Of a stretch of DNA of 64,000 nucleotides, positions 1-9,569 are shown one piece after another. A program made the position numbers and the translations under genes. The DNA comes from a virus (lineage: Duplodnaviria; Caudoviricetes). The stretch is taken from IMG/VR virus record IMGVR_UViG_3300027971_000051, positions 2,971 to 66,970 of that record, one strand, 5' to 3'. Position 1 is the stretch's first letter, and each line of letters opens with the position of its first letter. A model generated the notes under the pieces. The model was not told where the DNA came from and made no database searches. It worked only from the letters and a program-made list of their open reading frames with translations.

Positions 1-1
1 C

Positions 2-676
2 AGACCATTCTTAGTGAAGGAACAAAAACTTCTTTTGCTTGCTTTAGAAGGCAACAATCAAAATGAAGTTTTGACTGCAATTAAACAGATTGTTGGTAAT
101 TGCGCTATCGATGATATTGACCCAAGCAAAATTGCATTATTCGATTTAGAATATTTCTTTATGAGACTTAGATCAAAATCTATTGGTGAATCAATTGATT
201 TGAGATTGAGACATCCAACAGGATTCAATTCTAATAATGAAGAGTGTGACCACATGACTCCAATCTCAGTAGATTTGCTAGGTGTTGAAGTTGAGAAATT
301 GGAAGATCATACGGATAAAATTATTCTAGATGATGAGACTGGAATTGGTGTTAAACTTAAATATCCAAATGTGGACATGGCAATTGCAACAAATAAAACT
401 ATTGAAGGCAAGAACCAAATGGATATTGCCACAGATGCAATCATTAACAGCATCGAATACATTTTTGATAAAGAAACAGTATACAAAAAAGAAGATTCTA
501 CCAAGAAAGAATTGGTTGAATTCATTGAGAATTTAACTCAAGATCAATATTTAAAACTTACAAAGTTTTTTGAAACTATGCCAAAGTTAAAGCACAAAGT
601 AGAGTGGACTTGCAAGAAGTGTGGATGTAGAGATGACGTAACTTTGGAGGGCTTGTCAAATTTTTTCGGCTTCTGA
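2..676 (+). CDS. T4-like baseplate hub subunit (gp26-like), 5' truncated by the window edge
   Basis: RPFLVKEQK at the start, FDLEYFFMRLRSKSIGE motif, C-terminal CxxC followed by LEGLSNFF; adjacent to a gp51-like gene. Confidence 0.85.
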   Translation, partial: RPFLVKEQKLLLLALEGNNQNEVLTAIKQIVGNCAIDDIDPSKIALFDLEYFFMRLRSKSIGESIDLRLRHPTGFNSNNEECDHMTPISVDLLGVEVEKLEDHTDKIILDDETGIGVKLKYPNVDMAIATNKTIEGKNQMDIATDAIINSIEYIFDKETVYKKEDSTKKELVEFIENLTQDQYLKLTKFFETMPKLKHKVEWTCKKCGCRDDVTLEGLSNFFGF

Positions 677-867
677 TGGGGTCTGAAAATTTAGCAAACT
701 ACTATAAAACTAACTTTGCGTTAATGCAACATCATAAATATGATTTGGAGATGTTGGAGAACTTGATTCCTTTTGAACGTGAATTGTATATTATGCTACT
801 TTCTCAACATATTGAGGAACAAAACCAGCAAGCAGAATTACAAAGACAGCAAAAAGGAAGAAGATAA
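676..867 (+). CDS. baseplate hub assembly catalyst (gp51-like)
   Basis: LANYYKTNFALMQHHKY..LENLIPFERELY motif typical of T4-like gp51. Confidence 0.85.
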   Translation: MGSENLANYYKTNFALMQHHKYDLEMLENLIPFERELYIMLLSQHIEEQNQQAELQRQQKGRR

Positions 868-1392
868 ATGACGACAGCCAAAGAGTATGCAAAATTAAGT
901 GCTAGTGAGCAGAAAAAAGAAGATTGGATGAATGCTAAATGGCGTCCGATGATGGGTTGGATTTATATGCTGACATGTGTGACTGACTTCATTATCTTTC
1001 CTATTTTGTGGAGTATTTTACAAGCCGCATTGAAACAACCTGTGACTGCATGGCAACCCATCACCTTGCAGGGTGCAGGTTTATTTCACCTCTCTATGGG
1101 TGCTATTATTGGTGTTGCGGCTTTCGGACGTACACAAGAAAAACTAGCAGGAGCAAACAATGGCGGAATGCAACCCTTGGGACAAAGCGTCACAACAACA
1201 TATGGCTCTCCGTCAGCAGGCGGATTCGGAGCATCCAATACTTTTGGTGCACCAATATCAACACCAAGCTATGGCGGAAATTCAGGCTTTGGAACGCCAA
1301 CGACTGGGACTGGAGGATTTTCAAAACCAGCAACCGGAAAGTCAGCAAGATTTGCAGAAGCCGATCCCGACTCTGTATTTGACAGAGGGTAA
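868..1392 (+). CDS. 3-TM holin-like membrane protein with Gly/Ser-rich tail
   Basis: WRPMMGWIY..DFIIFP and FHLSMGAIIGVAAFGRTQEK hydrophobic segments. Confidence 0.7.
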   Translation: MTTAKEYAKLSASEQKKEDWMNAKWRPMMGWIYMLTCVTDFIIFPILWSILQAALKQPVTAWQPITLQGAGLFHLSMGAIIGVAAFGRTQEKLAGANNGGMQPLGQSVTTTYGSPSAGGFGASNTFGAPISTPSYGGNSGFGTPTTGTGGFSKPATGKSARFAEADPDSVFDRG

Positions 1393-1399
1393 TTAACAT

Positions 1400-4300
1400 A
1401 TGGCAACATTAGGCAATTATGGCGCCGCTCTTGGCGGAATGGCTAAAGAAGCTATCACAGGTACTGCTAAAGGACTTGTAGGTGGGCTGAAGGGTGCAAT
1501 GATCCGTGAGGCTCCAGGAATTGCTGGCGCATATGCATTTGGTAAAGATTTAAATAAACGTGCAAATTCACAAAGTTCATCACCAAGAATGAGTGGGGTA
1601 AATTCGCCTTCACCATCTCTATCACAAACTTCTCCTGGAGCATCATCACCTTTAGGTGGACTACCTCAAGCAGTATCTCTTGTTGCCGAACAACATAAAT
1701 CAAATGTTATTAATCTTGAAGAAGTTCGTCAATTAAAGCAATTAAATGCTAATGTTATTAATCAATCAAAACTTATATCTTTTAACGTTGAAGACACTAA
1801 GCGAAAAAATGTATTTGCAGAAGAAGTTGCAAATGAACAAGCAATTCGTGATGATAAGTTATTAGATGCAATCAATAAGTTGGGCGAGAAGATTGAAAAT
1901 CTCGGTGGTGTTGGAGGAGGAAAAAAAACTGATGGAGAAGGTGCCGGCGGGTTAGCCTCTGTAGCTGGTCAAGTTGCGGCAGCTACGGCTGGAGGATTTT
2001 TAAAAGATGCGCTTAAGTGGATGGGTGGTGCTATTATTAGTGCTATAAGTGCAGGCTGGGTACTGTTAAGAACTTCATTTTTCTCATTTGCGAGGTCGCT
2101 TGTATTATCAGCCGCATTACGATTTGGTGGTGGCATGGCTCTTGGTGGAGCCGCCGCTGTTGCGGCACCTGCACTAGCTACAGGCGCATTAGCGGCTGCC
2201 ATTGTTGCTGGTTTAGCCGCACTATTATGGCCTAGAAATGCTGGTGCCGCAACAGGAAAAAGTGCAGATACTATAACTGGTAGAGATGCCGCAATTGATC
2301 CAGAAGGAGCCGCACGAAGAAGAGCCGCTGAAGACGCTACTCAAAAACGTGTACCGTCAAGAAAATTCGTGGGAGATAACAAGAAGTGGTATGAGAAAAG
2401 AGCAGACATAGAAGCGAAGTGGGATGAAAAATACGGAAAAACTCACGATCCCGAAACCGGTCTATTAAAAGATCCAAAAGCGACAACAATTTATAATCCT
2501 CCTGCGGCCGGAAAAGTTTCTAGTAATTTTGGCGAGAAAAGAAAAGATGCTACAGGAAAAGATGTAACGCATCAAGGCGTTGATATTGCAATGGCTGTAG
2601 GTACTGATGTGCGCCCAATTGCACCAGGAAAAGTTACGAAAGTTGTTGCTGGCGGTGCCGGTGCCGCAGGCACATATGTTCAAGTTACTCACCCTGACGG
2701 AAAAATTAGTGAGTACATGCACCTTAGTCAAGCACTCGCTAAAGTTGATGATGAAGTTACACCAGCTAGTGTTATAGGTAAAAGCGGCGGCGCAAAAGGT
2801 GACGTAGGTTCTGGATCATCAACAGGTCCACATTTACATTTACAATTAAAAACAAGTAGTGGTGAGCCAGTTGATCCTACTAGTTTACCTGGTCTTGCTG
2901 GACTGACTAAAGGTGAAAAAGTTTCGCCAGCAGACAATACACCAAAAGTAACTGGTGCCGCTAACAACCCCAACAACAAAAATACAAAAGAAAAACGTCC
3001 TGGAACTAAAGTTGAAGTTAATAATAAAGAGGTACAAGACTTTTATGCAGAAGGCAAGTTGCCAAGTCGAACTAAAGGTGGTGGTCTTTTATTTCCTCCT
3101 GAAGCAAATGTTCCGAAAAAACCTCCTGAAGCAAGTGTTCCAGAAAAAAAATCTACATGGATGGGACAAACCGATGAGTGGGGTAGTTTAGCTACACCAG
3201 TCGCAACACCAACCACAAGATCACTTAGTGGTGGTACTAAAATTGCTGTTAAGAATGCACCAATTAAAACAGAAGACGATAAGCTAAGAAAAGTAACAGA
3301 AAATATAGCTAAACAGCAGGGAATAGATCCTAAAAAATCTAGTGCAACACAAACGCCCACACAAAAGCAAAGAGAAACTGCAAGATTAGCTTCTATTGTT
3401 AAGCCTTTATACAAGTCTAACACACAATTAATTAACGAAACAAATCAGAAGTTTCTACAGGCATTTAAATCTACTGCTACAAGAGCATTCACTCAAATCT
3501 TAACAAAAGAATTACTTCCAAATGGTGTTGGTGTATCATATAAAACTGCACAGCAAGAAAGTAATTATCGTGGTCAGCAATTACAAAAGATTTTTGGAAC
3601 ACAAGCCGCATCACAAAAATTTGCAACTGGACTGTTAGGTAAAACTTACGGTCCTATGTTTGCGCCTTTGTTCAACCAAATGGCGCAAGGTTACTTAGAA
3701 GTTGGTTCTAGAATTGCAGGCAAAGCAATCTTTCAGGGCATTGGTGGATTAGGTGCTGAAGAAACAATGGGCCTAACAGGACAAGTTCTTGGTAACTATG
3801 CTGCCGGAAAGAAACAATTAGCATTTGAACAATTGTTGTTTGGTATGTCAGGTGGAAGAAAAGGCGGTGGTATTGCATTAGGACCAGAGACTCTTCTTGC
3901 TAAGTATGGATTTGATAATCCAGCACAGGGCATTTCATATTTTGCTGGTGGACTTGCAGACATGGCTACTGCACCTCTTGCAAATTTACTTGGTGGTGAT
4001 ACAACTAATGGTGTTACTTTTAATCCAAGAGCAAACAACGGACAAGGTGGCTATATAAACAGAGATGGCACAGCCGCTACACCTGCACAATATGCGGCAG
4101 CGGCAAGACAGTATGGTGCATCAATTAATCAAGGACCATTGTTTAGTGTTGCTAATGATAATTTTGGTGGTTCTAGACAAGCAGGTTATAATCCATATGA
4201 AACAACGCAGATGCGTGGTGGTCCAAATTCTGTTGTTCAAGGTTATGGACAACAATATGGGTCAACACCTGCGCCTGGACAATTTAGAGTTGTTGCACCA

Positions 4301-6853
4301 ACAGTAAATTCTATTACTGGAGTTTCTACTGCACCAACAATGGCTCAAGCATTCGGATTGACTCCACAACAACAAGCAGGATTATCTAAAGAACAACTTG
4401 AAGTTCAACAAGCACAACTTGATTTAGCTAGAATAGAAGGTACTAAAAGGGCTGAAGAAGCAAAAGCTAAATTGGTATCAGATGCAGAATCAAGAGCGCA
4501 AGCATTAGGTTTAGAAAAAGATAGTGCAGAATATAATAGAATGGTTGCGGCCGCCTCCGATAGAGGTAACGCAATGGTTACTATGGAAGCCGCAAAATAT
4601 ACTGTTTCGGGTTTAAGTGGACAGGCCAAAGAAGGTGGTGGAACTGAACTACGGAATCCAGGAGATTCACTCCAACTTGGAGATAAAGGATATGTTTCGG
4701 GTCAACTATTTCAGAAAAATCTTGCCGGTGAACTTGGTATTGGTAAAGAAATAGGAAACTTTGCATTCGACATGGGTAAGAACATGTTGGGTAAGCAGTT
4801 GACACAAAATATTAAGAATCCATACATGCAGATGATTGCAAACTTTGCAATTCAAAAAGGATTGAATAAAGGTGTTGATTGGCTATTTGATAGCAAAGGC
4901 GGTGGTTTTGATTTTGGAAAAATGTTTAGTGGACCGTCTAGCACGTGGATGGGACAAACCGATGAGTGGGGTAGTTTAGCTAATGCCGCAGGTGATGTTA
5001 CTGATGTTGCTACTGCCGGAAGTGATATTGGTGACTTTGCAGACTTATTTGATTGGTTCGCTGATGGTGGTATTGCAACTAAAGCAACTCCTGGTGTTTT
5101 TGGTGAAGCTGGTGCTGAAGCTATTATTCCTCTTTCAAATCCTACTGCAACAAAAGCATTGTCTTCAGCTATGGGTACAGACAAACAATTGTCTGCGTTA
5201 GGAGACCAAACACAGTTATTGTCTAGCATCGATAATTCACTATTGACAATATCAGGAAAATCAGCTGGCTCGGGAACTAACATTGGTGGTGGAAGTTTAT
5301 CATCATCAGGAAGTTCTTATATGATGAGTGGCGGCCTAGGTGGAGTTTGGAATCCAACTGCTACTACCTCATCAGGACTTAAACCTGGAGTTAATGCAGG
5401 AAAACCTGGTGCTCCTAGCACAATGGACATTGTTGGGTCTATAGCAACTAGTATGGCAAAATCATACGTAATTAAAACTGCTATCGGTGCGGCATTAAAT
5501 CTTGCCGTTCCAGGAACTACAGCCGCTTTAGCCGCAGGATTTGAAGGTGGTATTATGGCTGGCGTATCAAATGCAGTTGGTATGGTTCCAGGATTTGTTA
5601 GTGCCGCAGGAACTAATATTTCAAGTGCTTTAGGTTTGGGTGAAGGTGTTGGTGTTTTAGCGTCTGGTGCAAGTTCTGTTGCTAGTGCTTTAGGTGCTAC
5701 TGAAGTCGCCGCCGCATTTGCGTCAGAAGGTTTGATGGCTGGCCTAGCCGCTATGGGACCTGTTGGTTGGGCAGGGCTTGCTGTTGTTGGTGTTGCGGCC
5801 GCATTAGGATATGGCGGTGGCGGTGGTGGAGGAAGTGCGCCTCCACCAAAAGAACCTAAATTCCATGCCGCAATCTATGTAACAGGAAATAACAATATTG
5901 ATGCGATAGCGCCAGTATATGAAACAGTCGATTATCATGCAGTTCCTGATGTATACAAAACGATTGCGTATGGTTTATTGCGTGTAGCTTTCAATGCGGC
6001 AAAGGCAGCCGAACAAGTTACAAAAATGGCGTCTCCATTTGACTATCTATACATTAAAGTCGAATATAATAGAATTTCTTTATGTTGGGGTAAAGGCGCA
6101 CCTAATGCAAATACTCTAGCGACAAGTGATGCTAATCAAGTCGGTTCATGGGGTCCACCAAGCAAAGAGCAAAATCTTAATGCTGTTGCAAGTGATATTG
6201 TAGATTTAATTAATAAAGAATTTAAAAAGACAGCAAACGCACAACAACTAACTAAACTAGATACTGCGGCTAAAGCATTGGGTAACATGACATTAGACCA
6301 ATTGAGTTCTGGTTTGATTCAAGACTTGAAGACTGGTGAGTTCAAATTAGATAAATCTGTAGAAAAAGGAATATATGCAAATAATGTAGCCGAATCTAAC
6401 AGAATTGGTTCCCTAATTAATGCATCATCTACTCATGCAGGATATGTGTCAACTGGAACGTCAGCAGAATATGATGCCGATGGTAATTTGATAAAGGAAG
6501 GAACCACAGGCGGAACTCCTATGATTTGGAGTATGAAAGATAACGCATATGTTGACGCTACTAAGTCTCCTGGTGCATTACTATTAGATGCACAAGGAAG
6601 ACCTGTGTATGATATTCCAGGAACGTCAGCAGGTTTAACTGCTGAAGATTTTGGTGGAACAGACGTTGTTGGTATTGATAGACCAGCTAACTTGTATTCT
6701 CCTACTACAGGAAGTGTTACTTCGGGTTCAGGTTCTGGCGGCACTGTTATTAGCGCACCATCAAATACAAAAATTGATAACTCAGCGGTGAATAATTTCT
6801 ATAATAACGTATCAAATTCTTTAGATATGTTGAGAAGTACAGGACCTAAATAA
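1400..6853 (+). CDS. tail tape-measure/baseplate hub protein with M23 peptidase domain
   Basis: 1817 aa, Ala/Gly-rich; M23 motifs HQGVD, YMHLS and STGPHLH; FADGG..GEAGAEAIIPL tape-measure motif; follows gp26/gp51. Confidence 0.75.
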   Translation: MATLGNYGAALGGMAKEAITGTAKGLVGGLKGAMIREAPGIAGAYAFGKDLNKRANSQSSSPRMSGVNSPSPSLSQTSPGASSPLGGLPQAVSLVAEQHKSNVINLEEVRQLKQLNANVINQSKLISFNVEDTKRKNVFAEEVANEQAIRDDKLLDAINKLGEKIENLGGVGGGKKTDGEGAGGLASVAGQVAAATAGGFLKDALKWMGGAIISAISAGWVLLRTSFFSFARSLVLSAALRFGGGMALGGAAAVAAPALATGALAAAIVAGLAALLWPRNAGAATGKSADTITGRDAAIDPEGAARRRAAEDATQKRVPSRKFVGDNKKWYEKRADIEAKWDEKYGKTHDPETGLLKDPKATTIYNPPAAGKVSSNFGEKRKDATGKDVTHQGVDIAMAVGTDVRPIAPGKVTKVVAGGAGAAGTYVQVTHPDGKISEYMHLSQALAKVDDEVTPASVIGKSGGAKGDVGSGSSTGPHLHLQLKTSSGEPVDPTSLPGLAGLTKGEKVSPADNTPKVTGAANNPNNKNTKEKRPGTKVEVNNKEVQDFYAEGKLPSRTKGGGLLFPPEANVPKKPPEASVPEKKSTWMGQTDEWGSLATPVATPTTRSLSGGTKIAVKNAPIKTEDDKLRKVTENIAKQQGIDPKKSSATQTPTQKQRETARLASIVKPLYKSNTQLINETNQKFLQAFKSTATRAFTQILTKELLPNGVGVSYKTAQQESNYRGQQLQKIFGTQAASQKFATGLLGKTYGPMFAPLFNQMAQGYLEVGSRIAGKAIFQGIGGLGAEETMGLTGQVLGNYAAGKKQLAFEQLLFGMSGGRKGGGIALGPETLLAKYGFDNPAQGISYFAGGLADMATAPLANLLGGDTTNGVTFNPRANNGQGGYINRDGTAATPAQYAAAARQYGASINQGPLFSVANDNFGGSRQAGYNPYETTQMRGGPNSVVQGYGQQYGSTPAPGQFRVVAPTVNSITGVSTAPTMAQAFGLTPQQQAGLSKEQLEVQQAQLDLARIEGTKRAEEAKAKLVSDAESRAQALGLEKDSAEYNRMVAAASDRGNAMVTMEAAKYTVSGLSGQAKEGGGTELRNPGDSLQLGDKGYVSGQLFQKNLAGELGIGKEIGNFAFDMGKNMLGKQLTQNIKNPYMQMIANFAIQKGLNKGVDWLFDSKGGGFDFGKMFSGPSSTWMGQTDEWGSLANAAGDVTDVATAGSDIGDFADLFDWFADGGIATKATPGVFGEAGAEAIIPLSNPTATKALSSAMGTDKQLSALGDQTQLLSSIDNSLLTISGKSAGSGTNIGGGSLSSSGSSYMMSGGLGGVWNPTATTSSGLKPGVNAGKPGAPSTMDIVGSIATSMAKSYVIKTAIGAALNLAVPGTTAALAAGFEGGIMAGVSNAVGMVPGFVSAAGTNISSALGLGEGVGVLASGASSVASALGATEVAAAFASEGLMAGLAAMGPVGWAGLAVVGVAAALGYGGGGGGGSAPPPKEPKFHAAIYVTGNNNIDAIAPVYETVDYHAVPDVYKTIAYGLLRVAFNAAKAAEQVTKMASPFDYLYIKVEYNRISLCWGKGAPNANTLATSDANQVGSWGPPSKEQNLNAVASDIVDLINKEFKKTANAQQLTKLDTAAKALGNMTLDQLSSGLIQDLKTGEFKLDKSVEKGIYANNVAESNRIGSLINASSTHAGYVSTGTSAEYDADGNLIKEGTTGGTPMIWSMKDNAYVDATKSPGALLLDAQGRPVYDIPGTSAGLTAEDFGGTDVVGIDRPANLYSPTTGSVTSGSGSGGTVISAPSNTKIDNSAVNNFYNNVSNSLDMLRSTGPK
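3158..3194 (+). repeat. 37-bp exact direct repeat, copy 1 (encodes WMGQTDEWGSLA)
   Basis: tggatgggacaaaccgatgagtggggtagtttagcta is identical to 4946-4982. Confidence 0.95.
4946..4982 (+). repeat. 37-bp exact direct repeat, copy 2
   Basis: identical to 3158-3194. Confidence 0.95.
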
Positions 6854-6882
6854 AAAAGGGAAAGCATTTTATTGCTTCCCCA
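6852..6882 (-). terminator. intrinsic terminator between convergent genes
   Basis: gggaa(a)gca..tgcttccc hairpin; the adjacent A-run is a U-tract on the minus strand. Confidence 0.6.
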
Positions 6883-6911
6883 AAGTCTCACAGGAGAGAA
6901 ATTACAAAAGA

Positions 6912-7829
6912 TTAATCTTCAGCAAGTTTTTCAAAGTAACTCAAATCCTCATCGTCATCATCAACTGAGTCTGCAACTGTAGGTTTCTTAGCAGATGTTG
7001 CCGCAGGTTTTGCTGTTGAAGCAGTAACTGGCACATTAGGTTTAGTGGAGTAGAAATTATCTCCAGCAGAACCATCATCAAGCCCAAGCACTTTATTCAA
7101 ACGTGCTTTCAATTCATCATAAGACTTGAAATTCTTTTCGCTTAAGAATTCAGACAAACTAAACTCTTGCTTCCAGATACGCTCTAAGTCATCTTCATCG
7201 CCAGACAAAGGTGCTGGTGATTCAAACTCAGACTTATCATAGTTCTGATAACCTTCAACTTTACGAATCTTCAACTTGAAGTTCGCACCTTCCCAAAGGT
7301 CGAATGGGTTGACAGGAGTTTCATCTTCAAACTCAGGATTCATCAAGTCATTCAACTTGTCGAAAATCTTCTTACCGAATTTGAACAATTTAACTGTTCC
7401 GTCATTATCAGGATTTGCAGGGTCCTTGATAACATAGATGTTTGCGATATACTGCAACTTACGTTTTTGCTTACGTGCAATATCTTTGTTAGCATCAGAA
7501 CCAGAGTTCCAAAGGATGCTATTGTGTTCAGATACTGGATCCTTTTTGTTGAGTGTAGTCAACGAATTTTCAATGTACCATCCACCAGGACCTTGGAATG
7601 AATGATTGAATACTTGAACCCAAGGTACATCTTCGCCTGCGGGTGCGGGAAGAAAACGGATCGTTGCGAAACCGTTACCTGCTTTGTCTACTGTGGGTTT
7701 CCAGAATCGGAGGTCTTCATAAGACTTCTTACCCTCTTCTTTATTTGTGAGTTTGGAAACTGCGTCTGTGAGTTTTTCCAAATCTTTGGTGCGTGACTTT
7801 TTCAAATCTGCAAATGATGTTGATGCCAT
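6912..7829 (-). CDS. 32: single-stranded DNA-binding protein gp32
   Basis: RFWKPTVDKAGNGFATIRFLP, GGWYIENSLTTL and GANFKLKIRKVEGYQNYDKSEF motifs; acidic tail. Confidence 0.97.
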   Translation of the reverse strand: MASTSFADLKKSRTKDLEKLTDAVSKLTNKEEGKKSYEDLRFWKPTVDKAGNGFATIRFLPAPAGEDVPWVQVFNHSFQGPGGWYIENSLTTLNKKDPVSEHNSILWNSGSDANKDIARKQKRKLQYIANIYVIKDPANPDNDGTVKLFKFGKKIFDKLNDLMNPEFEDETPVNPFDLWEGANFKLKIRKVEGYQNYDKSEFESPAPLSGDEDDLERIWKQEFSLSEFLSEKNFKSYDELKARLNKVLGLDDGSAGDNFYSTKPNVPVTASTAKPAATSAKKPTVADSVDDDDEDLSYFEKLAED

Positions 7830-7908
7830 ATTAGTATATTCCTCGTATGTTAAGTATTAAATGTATGTTTTGCTTGTCCACTTTTATCATAATCTACTAT
7901 AGTATATA

Positions 7909-7937
7909 GTCTATCATAATTCTCTACAGGTGTCAAT
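7909..7937 (-). promoter_or_regulatory. sigma70-type promoter for gp32
   Basis: TTGACA-N17-TAGACT on the minus strand. Confidence 0.55.
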
Positions 7938-7980
7938 AGTCGGCAAACCTTCTTTGGTTTACGCATTACTGCCGACACCA

Positions 7981-8577
7981 CTACGTCACTACTAATTCTC
8001 TGAGCGACTTTTTCATCCTTGCCGTATCGTAATTTAAAAAGGGCTGGTACTTTTTGCATAACTTGCTTACCTCTTTGTAGATTGGGTCATGTATCATTGT
8101 ATCATACCTTTTGACAAAATGCAATAGTGAATTCAATATTGCTAGTGTCTCCAGACTGATTTCTCCTCTTAAGTATTTCTTGATGATTGGTGGATGGTCG
8201 CCACCTTTCGCATTAAAAAATTCATTCAGTTCGTCTGGCTTCCAACCAGAAATAAAATCCATCTCATTTTTAAATACATACGTCAAAGATTCTTGTTTAC
8301 GTTTCCATTTTTTGTATCGTTCTTCACATTCTTCAGAGAGAAGTTCGCCAACCCAAATTTTTGTGTCGTGCAAGAAATTAGAAACTAAAAATTCTTCTAA
8401 GTAAGCATCTTTACGATTACCGAGTTTAGCAAAAAAGATTTTGTCTTTACGTTTCAAAAAAGAATCGTATGTGACATTGACTTTCTTGTTGTACTTGAAC
8501 CAATCGTAACTGTCTTGCGTGAAGTGATTTTTAACTCCCAAATAAACTTTGTATGCGTCTATAGCATCCATCTTCAT
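7981..8577 (-). CDS. 59: helicase loader gp59
   Basis: AYKVYLGVKNHFT..YDWFKY..SFLKRKDKIFFAKL; synteny 33-59-32. Confidence 0.92.
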   Translation of the reverse strand: MKMDAIDAYKVYLGVKNHFTQDSYDWFKYNKKVNVTYDSFLKRKDKIFFAKLGNRKDAYLEEFLVSNFLHDTKIWVGELLSEECEERYKKWKRKQESLTYVFKNEMDFISGWKPDELNEFFNAKGGDHPPIIKKYLRGEISLETLAILNSLLHFVKRYDTMIHDPIYKEVSKLCKKYQPFLNYDTARMKKSLRELVVT

Positions 8578-8819
8578 TAATCGTCCACCTCAATAGGCAA
8601 TCTTGCTTTCGGTGCAATCATCTTTAACTTCATTGCTTCACCCTCAATAGAAGATTTCATACGTGGTGTAATTAAAGATGCCGCAGTTTCGACTTCAACG
8701 TTTTTAATTGAGCAGTACTCTAAGATAGCATCAATCATTGTGATAGGATGTTTATCACGTTGTATCTGTTTAATCTCTGCCTCAAATTCTTTCTGTGTTA
8801 AAATCTTAAGACTCATCAA
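8577..8819 (-). CDS. 33: late transcription co-activator gp33
   Basis: IDAILEYCSIKNVEVETAASLI..MKSSIEGEA; synteny with 59 and 32. Confidence 0.88.
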   Translation of the reverse strand: MMSLKILTQKEFEAEIKQIQRDKHPITMIDAILEYCSIKNVEVETAASLITPRMKSSIEGEAMKLKMIAPKARLPIEVDD

Positions 8820-9003
8820 ATGAAACTCTCATTGAAGTAATTCGCCCGTTTCGAAATGTTCCAGATGCGTTTGGAGTGCTTGCGGGCTTTGCAGTACGAA
8901 ACATAGGATTTTTCATATCACTCTCCGATGCATAGTAACTTAGTGGATATCCATTCTTGCGTTGGTAAGTTTTAACTTTAACTTGTTTTTTCACGATACT
9001 CAT
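8806..9003 (-). CDS. hypothetical protein
   Basis: ORF starting MSIVKK after an aaagga RBS, overlapping the gp33 start. Confidence 0.6.
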   Translation of the reverse strand: MSIVKKQVKVKTYQRKNGYPLSYYASESDMKNPMFRTAKPASTPNASGTFRNGRITSMRVSFDES

Positions 9004-9016
9004 TTCAAAGTTCCTT

Positions 9017-9523
9017 TTACATTCTATAAAAAATATGACCTTCGATAGTCGCAACTTTCGTCACCTTACTACGCCATGATGGTTTAATATCAATAGCATG
9101 AAAATGTGTTGCGCCTTCTAATAGTTTAATTATATCTGATCCACCTGTTTTTGTCAAGAGCATCTTAGCAACTTCATAGCACTCTTTCCATCGTTTGCTG
9201 TTTGATGGTGGTGTACTTGCAACTTTGCTATTATACCATGAGAACTGTTGTGGCTCAGTTACAACATCACGGATGTTTTTTGGAAATCTGCTGTCATGCA
9301 ATCTGTTGAGTGTGACTGCACCAACTGCCATTTTACCGATTAGAGGTTCGCTACCTGCTTCGTAATAGATGTTCATTGCCATCCAATATAGGTCCGACTT
9401 ACTAGAATTTTTTGGTGCGCCAGCGGCATCTTGAATTTCTTTTAATGATGGCAATTCAGTAGCAATCACATTTGTAGAAAATAGTGCCGATACAAATACT
9501 ACAGCCGCTAATAGTGCTTTCAT
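9017..9523 (-). CDS. SleB-like cell wall hydrolase (Hydrolase_2) with signal peptide
   Basis: AMNIYYEAGSEPLIGKMAVGAVTLNR, QFSW, GATHFHA and GHIFY motifs. Confidence 0.9.
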   Translation of the reverse strand: MKALLAAVVFVSALFSTNVIATELPSLKEIQDAAGAPKNSSKSDLYWMAMNIYYEAGSEPLIGKMAVGAVTLNRLHDSRFPKNIRDVVTEPQQFSWYNSKVASTPPSNSKRWKECYEVAKMLLTKTGGSDIIKLLEGATHFHAIDIKPSWRSKVTKVATIEGHIFYRM

Positions 9524-9569
9524 ATTGTTCCTTTCTTTAGTGCCCACTAAATTTTAGTGGGTCTTTTAT

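Noticed and set aside
1467-6744. Minus-strand ORFs within the large tail gene
   Set aside because: They are antisense shadows of Gly/Ala-rich codons with no recognisable motifs.
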